From: Haliotis cracherodii
Lineage: Eukaryota
Assembly (NCBI RefSeq): GCF_022045235.1
Contig: NW_027266297.1
Location: 31,062,001 to 31,126,000, forward strand
Direction of reading: 5' to 3'
DNA length: 64,000 nt
Of the stretch, positions 51,110 through 64,000 are shown one piece after another (the first letter of the stretch is position 1; every line of letters begins with the position of its first letter). A program made the position numbers and the translations under genes. A model generated the notes under the pieces. It saw only the letters and a program-made list of their open reading frames with translations. It was not told where the DNA came from and made no database searches.

Positions 51110-53262
51110 ACAATGCTATCAATAGGGTTGTAGGAAAACCATGGCAATACTATCACAATAGCAGGACAATAGTAGGACAACCATGGCAATACTGTCACAA
51201 TAGCAGGACAACCATGGCAATACTATTACAACAGCAGAACACAAATGGCGATGCTATCACAATAGCAGGACTATAGTAGGACACAAATGACGATGCTATC
51301 ACAATAGTAGGACAACAGCAGGACACAAAATGGCGATGCTTTCATAATAGCCGGACAACCCTGACATTACTATCACAATAGCAGAACAATAGTAGGACAG
51401 CCATGGCAATACAATCACAATAGTAGGACAATAGCAGGACACAAAATGGCGATGCTTTCATAATAGCCGGACAACCCTGACATTACTATCTCAATAGCAG
51501 AACAATAGTAGGACAGCCATGGCAATACAATCACAATAGTAGGACAATAGCAGGACACAAAATAGCGATGCTATCACAATAGTAGGACAACCATGGCAAT
51601 ACTGTCATAATAGCCGGACAACCCTGACAATACTGTCACAATAGCAGAACAATAGTAGGACAACCATGGCAATACTATCACAATAGCAGAACAAAAGTAG
51701 GGTAACCACGACAATACAATCACAATAGCAGAACAATAGTAGGATAACCATGGCAATACTGTCACAATAGCATGACAACCATGGCAATACTATTACAACC
51801 ATGGCAATACTATCACAACAGCAGAACACAAATGGCAATGCTATCACAGTAGTAGGACAACCATGGCAATACTATCACAATAGCAGAACAATAGTAGGGT
51901 AACCGTGACAATACAATCACAATAGCAGAACAATAGTAGGGTAACCGTGACAATACAATCACAATAGCAGAACAATAGTAGGACAACCCTGACAATATTA
52001 TCACAATAGCAGAACAATAGTAGGACAACCCTGACAATACTATCACAATAGCAGAACAATAGTAGGACAACCATGGCAATACAATCAGAATAGTATGGCA
52101 ATACTAGGACAACCATGGCAATACTGTCACAATAGCAGAACAATAGTAGGACAACCATGGCAATACAATCACAATAGTAGGGCAATACTTGGACAACCAT
52201 GGCAATACTGTCACAATAGCATAATAATAGTAGGGCAACCATGGCAATACTGTCACAATAGCAGAACAATACAAGGACAACCATGGCAATACTGTCACAA
52301 TAGAAGGGCAATACTAGGACAACCATGGTAATACTATCACAATACTAGGACAACCATGACAATACTATCACAATAGCAGAACAATAGTAGGACAATCGCG
52401 GCAATACTACTGTAATAGTTGGACAACCATGACAATTCTATCACAATAGCAGAACAATAGTAGGACAACCACGGCAATACTATCATAATAGTGAGTGAGT
52501 GAGTGAGTTGGGTTTAACGCCGCCTTTAACAGTATTACTGTTATATCGCGGCGTGTCAGCTTAAGTTATGCAGGTCTCAGACGTTTACCACTTTGGTAAA
52601 ACCCACAAGCTCGGGTATGGTGCTGACAAATCTAGACACATAATCGGGGCAAATGGGGTTTCGAACTCACAATCATAGGGTTCTAGAGTGCCCAAGGGAC
52701 GCAACTCTGCACAGCGAATCGCGGCGCCTTAGACGACTGGGCCACCCGTGCCCCCAACTATCATTACAGCAGGGGCAGGACAACCACGGCAATACTGTCA
52801 TAATAGTAGGACAATAGCAGGACAATTATGGCATTACTATCACAATAAGAGGAAAACCACGGCAATACTGTCATAATAGTAGGACAATAGCAGGACAACC
52901 ACGGCATTACTATCACAATAATAGGACAACCACGGCAATACTGTCATAATAGTAGGACAATAGTAGGACAACCACGGCAATACTGTCATAATAGTAGGAC
53001 AATAGTAGGACAACCATGGCATTACTATCACAATAGTAGGACAATAGCAGGACAACCATGGCAATACTGTCACAAAAGTAAGGCAATATAGTAGGTCAAC
53101 CACGGCAATACTGTCACAATAGTACGACAATAGCAGGACAACCATGGCATTACTATGACAATAGCAGGACAACCACGGCAATACTGTCACAAGAGTAGCA
53201 CAACCACGGCAATACTGTCACAATAGTAGGACAATAGTAGGACAACCATGGCAATACTGTCA
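51110..53262. repeat. Variable ~32/43-bp minisatellite
   Basis: GGACAACCATGGCAATACTRTCACAATAGCAGAACAATAGTA units. Confidence 0.9.
52491..52755 (-). mobile_element. SINE family C inserted in the minisatellite
   Basis: Family match; the array continues on both sides. Confidence 0.85.
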
Positions 53263-53744
53263 CGGTGTTAATGAGGAAAAGACACAGGCCGACACGGAGG
53301 CGCCTGAAGAAGGCCGTTCTGTCAGACACCCCTGGCTCGTTAGTCCGACAAATATACCGATATAATTATGATAAATATACATTATTGCCTGGATTAACGG
53401 GTTATCTCCGTATTCACCCGTATTAAGCAGCAGAGTTTTGACTCCTAATCCTATTGAGATTACCTGTACGGGGTACGTTCTCCCTCTTTGGCGAGGTACA
53501 GTGTTTTGTCCTTCTGTGACAAAGTTAAGTATTAAGATCACAAGTTGTTGCCATTAATCATATCAACCCGTAAGCCGTTTAGACGGGGATAATTCTGTTC
53601 TTACAGATGTTTTTTTGTTGTTGTACGTGTTGTTCGTCAACCTCAATAGAAACACTGCACGGTATACCAATGGAAATACCCACACGAAGACACACAGACA
53701 CGCACGCATCATGAATTTTATCCAACGTTAACGTATATTCCATT

Positions 53745-53965
53745 GGATTGTTGTTCAACGCCGCTCTCAGCAATTTTCCAGCTATATGATGGCGGTCAGT
53801 GAATCAACGGGTGAGAGCCAGACAATCCAGTGATTGATATTATGAGCAACGATCCACGCCGTCGGGGTACAATGACAAGCATCAACCAAATCACTGACAA
53901 CCATCAAATCGCCCCTCACGACCAGCAGAGGTTAGAGGGCAATTCTAACGGGGAATCCCCACGGG
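53745..53965 (-). mobile_element. SINE-like family B, diverged
   Basis: Tail and body match. Confidence 0.65.
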
Positions 53966-54513
53966 GTAAAATCAAAGCTTTTGTTCTCTGTTGTTTCGCA
54001 TACATGAGCACATGCCTACGTAACATACATACTTAGCTTATTGATGTAAGGTGATTTGTTTCTGCTGTACCTTCTTAAGACCATGGCTGAAATATTGTCA
54101 ACCTAATGTGACAGTGGCAGTCCAATATAGCCATAGATAGCGTCTTAGTCCTGCACCATGACTGTGGAATATATTTATTTTATGAGAAAAAAAACACAAT
54201 CTAGAAAAGTATACAAAAGCAAGTCTAGCCGGCTCTAGCTAGCTCTATTCCACAGCATAGAATTTTTTTTAGAGTCAAGAAGGATCTTGTGTAATATAAC
54301 ATTTCATGGACTAAATGTTAGTCTAATCACGTCTCGCCTTGGCTTCTTGCTAGCTGGCATTAAAAAGTATTGACTTCAGGCTCACGATACTTCATCGCCG
54401 AGAGACAACCCAGAGGGTGTATGTTACAGAGGTTCTGTCGTGAAGCAGCCTATGATTTGCTCATATCGCCGGGACAAGGTAGCACAGCAAGCGCGAATAC
54501 TGCAATTCCTTTA

Positions 54514-54668
54514 GTGAGTGAGTGAGTTGGATTTTAAGCCGCTTTCAGCAATAGTCTGGCAATATCACGTATAGCAGGACAACAGAAAGGGACTTCACAC
54601 ATTGTACCCAGTTGGGAATCGAACCCGGACCTAACAAGCGAACGTTTCAACCACTCGCCTACCCCGCC
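54514..54668 (-). mobile_element. SINE family A, diverged
   Basis: Family match. Confidence 0.75.
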
Positions 54669-55080
54669 GGACCGCATTTCTTTTAAAGGGGGATGTGTTC
54701 ACAGATTAACATACACGCACGTTTGGAAGTCGTGTTATTTATGTTAAATGCTTGTCACTAAATGAGTTGGTTATGGTAACATCACTTAGTATATACGATG
54801 CAAATTTTATATGTTTGGTATGTTTTGTCATTCTTGTTCCGCGAATGGCAGTGAAATAAAACTTGATAAAACATTATTGCTAACATGTTTGAATAAGACG
54901 AGAAAGTCTATGGCGTATTGCTATTAGTAGTCCACTTGTTTACATGTTTAGAAATGTAACAATATAATGTAAACTACGTTAAATCGGATTTTCCAGAGAA
55001 ATCGTCCAGGTGGACAAAGGTCGGGATGAACGGGTAGTCCATAAACATCAGGTAGCGTTTCTGTAGATGAATACACATCA

Positions 55081-55149
55081 CTGCTCTGCTCTGCTCTGCT
55101 CTGCTCTGTACTGCTCTGTACTGCTCTGCTCTGCTCTGCTCTGCTCTGT
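55081..55149. repeat. (CTCTG)n microsatellite
   Basis: Read directly from the sequence. Confidence 0.9.
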
Positions 55150-55759
55150 ATATGATGCACTCAGTGATGTTACGCCCAACGTGCCTGTTGCTGTAAACGG
55201 ATTCATGTTCTCCGTCATGCTACTGCACGGTGCAACAGCTATCCTGTATAGGCAGGTATACATATAACACCACAGGCCTTGAAAAAAAGTCATACGCACT
55301 GGTAACCAGAAGAGACCATGAACGCATGTGTAACAGGTGGACCTTATAGTGTTGACAACGGTAAGCAATCTCAATAATATCAATTTTAGACAAAGTTGCA
55401 TAGCAACATGACATATATTATCATGTATTGGTATATACTTTGGTGTACATGTGCTTATCTATAATGCACCAAAGAACCCTCAAATCGCTACATTCTTACC
55501 CCAGTCAGTGGATCAGTGTTTACGCAATTGTCATTCTCAGCTCCCTGAGGAGTATACAACTAAAACTGCCTGTGAGGCGCTAGAAGGCTACATTACAATT
55601 TCATTTTAATTATGTATCTTAATTATCTAATTACCTTTTGCTAAGGTGTTCCCAAGACCCGTGCTAAAATATTACTTATGTCGAGTTGACAACATGCAAG
55701 TCAGTACACATTATACACCCCTGTCGTTATACCATAGCAGAAACAATACCTTTGATGAG

Positions 55760-55841
55760 AGTGAGTGAGTTTGGTTTTACGGCGCTTTTAGCAATATTCC
55801 AGCAATATCACGGCGGGGGACACCAGAAATGGGCTTCACAC
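55760..55841 (-). mobile_element. SINE family A, 3' half only
   Basis: Family match. Confidence 0.8.
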
Positions 55842-55907
55842 AACCTGTGAGGTACACATAGTCATTATTTCACTGAAAACAAAATTAATAGCGAACCAAG
55901 AGATGGG

Positions 55908-55998
55908 CATCTTCCCGAGGCAAGAGAGTTAACTGACTTTAAAAGTCTAGTTGGAAACGACTTTTATAGTCAGTTAACTCTCTTGCCTAGGGAAGATG
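55908..55998. mobile_element. 91-bp hairpin MITE with an 8-bp TSD (hAT- or P-type)
   Basis: ~40-bp near-perfect arms CATCTTCCC...GGGAAGATG; GAGATGGG duplicated at 55900-55907 and 55999-56006. Confidence 0.8.
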
Positions 55999-56943
55999 GA
56001 GATGGGAGATTCCGTTGCTAACTCAAACTATTTTATCTTGCTGAACCACAACGGTACAACCGTTTAAATAGTTCTACATGTCACCTGGCGCACATGTCAA
56101 TCTTGTTGCGAATTATTGCCTTTGGTCATTATGAAATCAAGGCGGACTTCAAACTAAATATTGTAAATGTTTTGGGTTTTTTAAGCAGTTCTAAAATATA
56201 TTTGTGTAACGCGTCTCGCTTACATTTCACATTAACCAATTGGTGAGGCTAATACCTTCGAAACATGACTTCATTTGTGACAATCACTTCATGTTCTAGT
56301 TATGTCTGGAACCTGTGTCAAAATCTAAACTTCAAATCTTTGATGGAGCATGCGTCTACCATCCTCGGAGCCTACCATTGACATGTAGGGGATTTACAAG
56401 TGATTCCAAGAAATAGTAAATACAAAAAAAGTTATCCTGTTGAGATAATACAGATTACATACATATTATATATGTCTAAACTATCAGAGAAAAGGCTATA
56501 CTGTTTGCACGCTCTACCAAGTAAATATTCTTATGCAAATATTTTGTTAGAAATGCTCTCTGAACAATAAGCATTGCCTATGTTTTCAATGACTCTTCGC
56601 TTTAACGTCAGACAAACACACATCAATAAGATCTCTTGTTGATTTTGTAAAAGAAATGTATGTAGTTAAGGTCATGCCATGAATAGGGGCCGACTTGGAA
56701 GTTGGATATGGTGCAGCAGGTTTGTACCGCGTCTCGACGCGCGGCAGACTGTCACGGCTGTAATACGTTCATAAAAAGTTTTTTTTTTAAATCTCATTCA
56801 CGTGGGTGTATTTTTAAATATGCTGTGTAAAACGCATATTTCGTTTCGTAAGATTAAAACTTTTGGCGTCAATGTTATCATGAACCTTGCCGCTGTGGTT
56901 TCTGACGAGTTTAAATTGGCAAAAGCGTGAAAGGTCAGGTGAC

Positions 56944-57890
56944 CTGCGTCTCTTTCACAAAGTGATCGTAGCGCTAAGACGTTCGTAACTCCCATACTTT
57001 GACATAAATTTACGACAGGGGTAGTGCTAAAGTGATTGTAACTCCCATACTTTAACATAGACTTACAGCAGTCGTAGTACTAAGGTGATCTTAACTCCCA
57101 AAGTTTAACTTAGACTTACGATAGTCGTAGAGTTAAGGTGATCGTAACTCCCAAAGTTTAACTTAGACTTACGATAGTCGTAGCGTTAAGAGGATCGTAA
57201 CTCCTATACTTTAACATAGACTTACAGCAGTCGTAGTGCTAAGGTGATCTTAACTCCCTAAGTTTAACTTAGACTTACGATAGTCGTAGCGTTAAGAGGA
57301 TCGTAACTCCCATACTTTAACATAGACTTACAGCAGTCGTAGTGCTAAGGTGATCTTAACTCCCTAAGTTTAACTTAGACTTACGATAGTCGTAGCGTCA
57401 AGGGAATCGTAACTCCTTTTCTTTAACTTAGACTTACGGCTGTCGTCGCGTTAAGAGGATCGTAACTCCTATACTTTAACATAGACTTACGGCTGTCGTA
57501 GCGTTAAGGTGATCTTAACTCCCTAAGTTTAACTTAGACTTACGATAGTCGTAGCGTCAAGGGAATCGTAACTCCTTTTCTTTAACATAGACTTACGGCT
57601 GTCGTAGCGTTAAGGTGATCTTAACTCCCAAAGTTTAACTTAGACTTACGATAGTCGTAGCGTTAAGAGGATCGTAACTCCTATACTTTAACATAGACTT
57701 ACGGCTGTCGTAGCTTTAAGGTGATCGTAAATTCCATACTTTAACATAGACTTACGACAGTCGTAGTGCTAAGGTGATCGTCACACCCATACTTTGACAT
57801 ATACATACGATAGTCGTAGCTCTAAGGTGATCGTAAATCCCACACTTTAACAGTCGTTAGCGCTAAGAGGGCTTTGTGAAACGGGGCCCA
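56944..57890. repeat. 53-bp tandem array (~17 units) inside MITE termini
   Basis: Period 53 (57081 to 57134); ends TTTCACAAAG / CTTTGTGAAA..GGGGCCCAG. Confidence 0.9.
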
Positions 57891-58367
57891 GATTCTTGAA
57901 AATAAGCTACTCACGAAAACATCCATGTTTCCTTCATGGGCTAAGACCCCACAGAATGAGATGACGCCATGTCTGCCCGTTTCATGTCTGAGTACAGCAT
58001 TGTGACAATGACACTGTGAGAGACTAAATCAAAGTGGGTATTTGTTGACTTATTTACCTTTCTCAATTCAATTCGTACAGGGAGCGCAGATTACGTAACA
58101 TACAGTCTATGAACTTTTACTTTTCTTTTATACATTTCTTGGAATGTGGAATATAGCTAGCTGAATTTACCTATTTGTGTCATTTCGACTGTTTCTAAAT
58201 TCCAAGCAAATATTCCACAGTTAGGGGAGGCGAAAATATGCGAACATAACCGGTAGGTTATTCATCTTACGTCAGATACCTACCAGGTAGTCGATATTGA
58301 CATACATGGTGATTTCAACAAAGGGGATATTGAACGCATTTGTCCCAAACATCTGTTAATGACTTCT

Positions 58368-58732
58368 ACCGCCTCCGTGGTCTAGTGGTAGAGCGTCCGC
58401 CCGGACAGCGGAAGGTCCGGGGTTCGATCCCCGGCCGCGCCATACCAAAAGACGTTAAAAGATGGTACTTGTTGTTGCCCATTCTGGCGCTCGGCATTAA
58501 GGGGCTAAAACAAGGACTGGTCTGCTCGGAGTCACTATACTGTGTCTGAGTGGGGTATTCATGTTAAACTGCGGCATGGTATCTCAGTGAGCTAGCACTA
58601 TAAATCAACATCAGTCCGGACTAGTACAAGCAGCCACACAAACCCATACACGTACATGCACGTCGCTATATAAGTGCAATAATCTTGGACGCGACGTTAA
58701 ACGCGACGGTAAACCCAATTTCATCTCACCTC
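58368..58732 (+). mobile_element. SINE family D, full length (tRNA head plus Meta-domain-like core)
   Basis: A box TGGTCTAGTGG, B box GGTTCGATCCC, then CATACCAAAAGACGTTAAAAGATGGTAC...GCTCGGCATTAAGG, resembling the MetaSINE central domain (recognised from memory, not aligned). Confidence 0.75.
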
Positions 58733-60687
58733 TACTTTGAAGGCCACCGTCGTGATCTGCAACTAAACGTCGGACGCTTGCTTCGTGTGTATCAGGAACA
58801 AGAAGATGATGCCTTGTACGTTATTGAATGATAATTTGTCATTAGGTTAAATTCCAATCTAGAATTGACAGTGCGTATGATCTGTTAGGCGTTGTGTAGT
58901 TCAGCATGACTAATGCATTGGGTTACACCACGGGAATGCATAATCCATAATATCATATACATCTAGCGTAAACCAGTCTGGGTGTGCCTGACATGTACAT
59001 TGAACTAGTGAAGTGAAATCACGAGTTAATTCCAAGTATGAACACACTATTATCAGCAATGCTTATGTAATCAGCCTTGCTGAGCAGTATGGACATCAAA
59101 TTGCAACATATCTCAACAGGTTATCGATGTAGCAGGAGTTATCGGCCCTGGTATTCGTGATAAATGTTTACTTGCATTATAAATGTTATACACATAGGAT
59201 CATAAATCAAGCACATACGGTCGAGACGCCCCTGAAATATATCCATTGTGTAAAATCTATATTCAGTTCAATACAAATGCGAACGGCGTTGAGGCTGGCT
59301 TGCAATTTGCAGCCTGACCTATTTTCGTTTTCAAACTGAAACGAGCCTACAGTCATAGATAAGATCTCAATTGCAACCATTTTGATACATGTTTACTTGA
59401 TAATTAATAAACACCTCTGCCAGGTGAGACTACATGTGATTAGGCCTATTCTTAAATATCAACAGCAATAATGCAGATGTATGTGTCACGTAAAACACAT
59501 GTTTGTCAGGCATTACGACGACACATGAAATGTACATGTGGCTCGCGCATAAACACAGGTGTTAATCTCTAGACAGGTGTACATATACATACGTATACAG
59601 GCACATATAAAGCGCCAGCTGAAAGTCGTGTTGTGCGTCTGACAGAAGCCGCATGATAAGTGACGGGAAATGGATCAGGATGAAATTAACAAGACTCACT
59701 ATGACTAATACATGATCGGATATCAGCAATGAGCACTAGAAGACCGAAATGTACACGAATATAGTACAGACCTGTACGCTAAACTCCTCAGGCGCTAGTA
59801 AAGTCCTCATTTGTACACTCCCAATGTCCTGACGGTGTCACTTGTCATTGACACACTGAAATGTACAACAGTAGAGCGATAAGCTGTATATACACTGCGG
59901 GCCTATTCTCGTCAATAACGCTGATATTGACACGTCTGGGTGAAAGAAATTTATGACCGTTCGAACACAATTCGGGTCATTTATGAATGAAACGTTCCCT
60001 TCCTTGTAGCGTTGGGCTATTGATGCAGCGTTGTGAGGTAGGGTTGCGGCGGGTATTCCGTCTATTTATTAATGAATGACTGCAACAAACGAGTGAGGTA
60101 AATTTCAAAAATAGAACACACCAAGTAGATGTGTCGTGTACATGTGTGCTGTATTGCATAGAAATCTTAATGCTTTTTAGAGTCAATATTAACATTGCAA
60201 TGGTGTAGAAAAAATGAAGGCGTCAATGTTTGCATAACCTTTTCAGCCCTTATAAACTCCGTGAAATGAATTGCCCATTTTGCACTTGCTAATTCATTGT
60301 TCTCGTCGTTGGAATTGGTACTCTAATGGAAAGCTTTATGTGATACAAAAAACACCAATGGTACTCTTTTCTGTAACATATGAAATATGTTCACTTCAGT
60401 GACTAGATGTGAGACTTGAAGCAAGGCAGTGATGCAACTTACTATAGTGAAACATAAATCACTTTAAGTAAAGACACGTAAAATATTGTTGAGTGCGGCG
60501 TTAAACAACAAATAAACAAACAAAACTTCAAGTAAAATAATGATTTAACTACTTTGATACGTAATACGTGAAGTAATGATATGAGTTTACTTATTATAGT
60601 GTGACATGAATCTCTTGGGGCCTTGTGGTCGGGACGCTCTAGCGACTGTAACATTGAGAGCATTACTGTGGTCGCTACAAGATTTCG

Positions 60688-60851
60688 TGAGTGAGTGAGT
60701 ATGGTTTTACGCCGCTTTTAGCAATATTCCAGCAATATCACGGCGGGGAACACCAGAAATGGGCTTCACACATTGTACCCATGTCGGGAATCGAACCTGG
60801 GTCTTCAGCGTGACGAGCGAACGCTTTAACGACTAGGCTACCCGACCGCCC
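60688..60851 (-). mobile_element. SINE family A, young copy
   Basis: Perfect 13-bp TSD ctacaagatttcg. Confidence 0.9.
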
Positions 60852-60999
60852 CTACAAGATTTCGACCCTTGTATTGCAGGTGTAAAAGAAAAAGGACTTT
60901 GATAAGAAGATAGATACAAACTGTTTGTGTAAATACAGGTGTGAACTATCAATCACTCTGTCTGGTTTTGCGATGTCATCCTGTCGGGTCGTATCTCTG

Positions 61000-63135
61000 C
61001 AACACATTCTACAATGCACCCTGCAACTTATACAATACACACTGCGATCACGCACACTAGAAGACATAACAACAAGCACTGCAACGGATACTACAATACA
61101 CACTGCGAAGCACACTACACACTGCAACATTTTACCACACACATACTGCAACACACGATGCTACATACTGCAACACCTAACAACACAGTGCACACTGCAA
61201 CACATAACAACGCACACTACACACTGCAACACATAACAACACACAATATACATGCAGCACACGATGCTACACATTGCAATATATAACAGCAGACTGCACA
61301 CTGCATCACAAAGCAACACACTGCAACACATAACAACACACTACACACTGCAACACATAACACACTGCAACACATAGCACACTGCACACTGCAACACATA
61401 ACAACACACTGCACACTGCAACACATAGCAACACACTGCACACTGCATCACAAAACAACACACTGCAACACATAACAACACACTACACACTGCAACACAT
61501 AACACACTGCAACACATAGCACACTGCACACTGCAACACATAACAACACACTGCACACTGCAACACATAACAACACACACTGCACACTGCAACACACGAT
61601 GCTACACATTGCAACACATAACAACACACTGCACACTGCAACACATAACACACTGCAACACATAGCACACTGCACACTGCAACACATAACAACACACTGC
61701 ACACTGCAACACATAACAACACACTGCACACTGCAACACATAACAACACACTGCACACTGCAACACATAACAACACACTGCACACTGCAACACATAGCAA
61801 CACACTGCACACTGCATCACATAACAACACACTGCACACTGCAACACAGAACAACACACTGCACACTGCAACACATAACAACACACTGCACACTGCAACA
61901 CATAACAACACACTGCACACTGCAACACATAACAACACACTGCACACTGCAACACTTAGCAACACACTGCACACTGCATCACAAAACAACACACTGCAAC
62001 ACATAACAACACACTACACACTGCAACACATAACACACTGCAACACACTGCACACTGCACACTGCAACACATAACAACACACTGCACACTGCAACACATA
62101 GCAACACACTGCAACACATAACAACACACTGCAACACACGATGCTACACATTGCAATATATAACAACAGACTGCACACTGCATCACATAACAACACACTA
62201 CACACTGCAACACATAACAACACACACTGCACACTGCAACACACGATGCTACACATTGCAACACATAACAACACACTGCACACTGCAACACATAACACAC
62301 TGCAACACATAGCATACTGCACACTGCAACACATAACAACACACTGCACACTGCAACACATAACAACACACTGCAACACATAACAACACACTGCAACACA
62401 TAACAACACACTGCACACTGCAACACATAGCAACACACTGCAACACATAACAACACACTGCAACACACGATGCTACACATTGCAATATATAACAACAGAC
62501 TGCACACTGCATCACATAACAACACACTACACACTGCAACACATAACAACACACACTGCACACTGCAACACACGATGCTACACATTGCAACACATAACAA
62601 CACACTGCACACTGCAACACATTATGCTACACACTGCAACACATAGCAACACACTGCACACTGCAACACACGATGCTACACATTGCAACACATAACAACA
62701 CACTGCAACACACTATGCTACACACTGCAACACATAACACACTACACACTGCAACACACGATGCTACACACTGCAACACATAACAACACACTACACACTG
62801 CAACAAACGATGTTACACATTGCAACACATAACAACACACTGCAACACACTATGCTACACATTGCAACACATAACAACACACTGCACACTGCAACACATA
62901 ACAACACACTGCACACTGCAACACATAACAACACATTGCACACTGCAACACATAACAACACACTGCACACTGCAACACCGAGACACACTGCACACTGCAA
63001 CACATAACAACACACTGCACACTGCAACACCGAGACACACTGCAACACACGATGCTACACATGCTGCAACACATAACAACACACACAACACACTGTAAAC
63101 TACGACACATAACAACACACACAGCACTATGCAAC
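61000..63135. repeat. CA-rich minisatellite (CACACTGCAACACATAACAA variants)
   Basis: Read directly from the sequence. Confidence 0.95.
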
Positions 63136-63437
63136 ACGAATGGAAATGCTTAATGAACTGCAAGTGATTGATATTGCTTCTTTATACATACAATGTCCAC
63201 ATTTAGAAGTATTAACCATCTATTATTAGCATATACTGAAACCTCTCTATGCATATAATGCATATATTGCCTTGGGTTTGGTTGTCATGTTATATAATTT
63301 CTGGTCTTTTGAGAGACAGTTGCCGAAACTCTCAATGTTGTGTGAATCCATCTACAGACGCCAGCTATTTGCTCCGCTTTCGAAATAGCCAGGAGAAGCT
63401 TCCAGCAATAATCAGTTTTGATACCGTTCAGGGTGCA

Positions 63438-63610
63438 ACTAAATGCAAGACGATATAAACCACTTACAATCAAGGGTAAACTAAATGTGAGACGATATAA
63501 ACCACTAACAATCAAGGGGAAACTAAATGTGAGACGATATAAACCACTAACAATCAAGGGGAAACTGAATGTGAGACGATGTAAACCACTAACAATCAAG
63601 GCGAAACTAA
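63438..63610. repeat. 42-bp tandem repeat x~4
   Basis: ACTAAATGTGAGACGATATAAACCACTAACAATCAAGGGGAA. Confidence 0.9.
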
Positions 63611-64000
63611 AGCGAGACAACAGCAGCCTAATACGACCACAGGGAGACAAGATGACACATCCGATAAAGATTACAATACGCGATAACGAGAAATCAAGAG
63701 TTTTAAAGATCAGTATCGCGATCAAGTTGACACACAAATAAATAAAAACGGAAACAACTTTCCATAATCATAAGAAATATCATTTGTGCGAAATATTTGC
63801 AATGACCGCTATACTTTTATTCTTTACACACAGTTATCCCTTTTTTCAATAAGTTTGTGTGAACTTTCAAAACGTTGAAACATACAAACGGAACCTAACA
63901 TGACATGTTGCCTATTTATTTTTACTTTGAACCCTGTCAGTACACAGCGCAACGCAATGTCGACAAGCGACATGACAAACGGGGCAAGTAACACCGAGAG

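Noticed and set aside
51574-53190. Cys/Tyr/Val-rich ORFs
   Set aside because: Minisatellite translations.
58368-58440. tRNA gene calls for SINE heads (families A, C, D)
   Set aside because: They lack a proper acceptor stem and continue into SINE bodies and tails, often with TSDs.
60852-63741. Cys-rich, metallothionein-looking ORFs and a Lys-rich repeat ORF
   Set aside because: Open in several frames because of the CA-rich and 42-bp tandem repeats.

Overview
Eukaryotic, repeat-rich genomic DNA. The SINE repertoire looks molluscan, probably gastropod or abalone-like (inference). The only recognisable host gene is the 5' end of a spectraplakin (shot/MACF1/dystonin/plectin family) on the minus strand. 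Two alternative phase-1 first coding exons (38922-38805, ending LDPADRAVIRIA; 37915-37801) splice onto the 62-nt CH1 exon 21632-21571 (DQRDAVQKKTFTKWVNKHLLK). I could not find the next CH1 exon, so the gene apparently continues past the left edge. Further internal alternative starts and a microexon are weaker candidates. The rest is intron or intergenic DNA with four SINE-like families, pogo/Tc1-type MITEs, a 1.3-kb non-autonomous pogo element, an R4/Dong-like LINE tail and many minisatellites. Main points of interest: a Penelope-type minimal hammerhead ribozyme (46759-46809), a ~29-copy minisatellite with co-oriented CTCF-consensus motifs (1400-2659), MITEs whose internal units have expanded into tandem arrays, and a microsatellite-armed foldback. 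The longest ORFs in the supplied track are mostly repeat artefacts. Boundaries of degenerate repeats are approximate.
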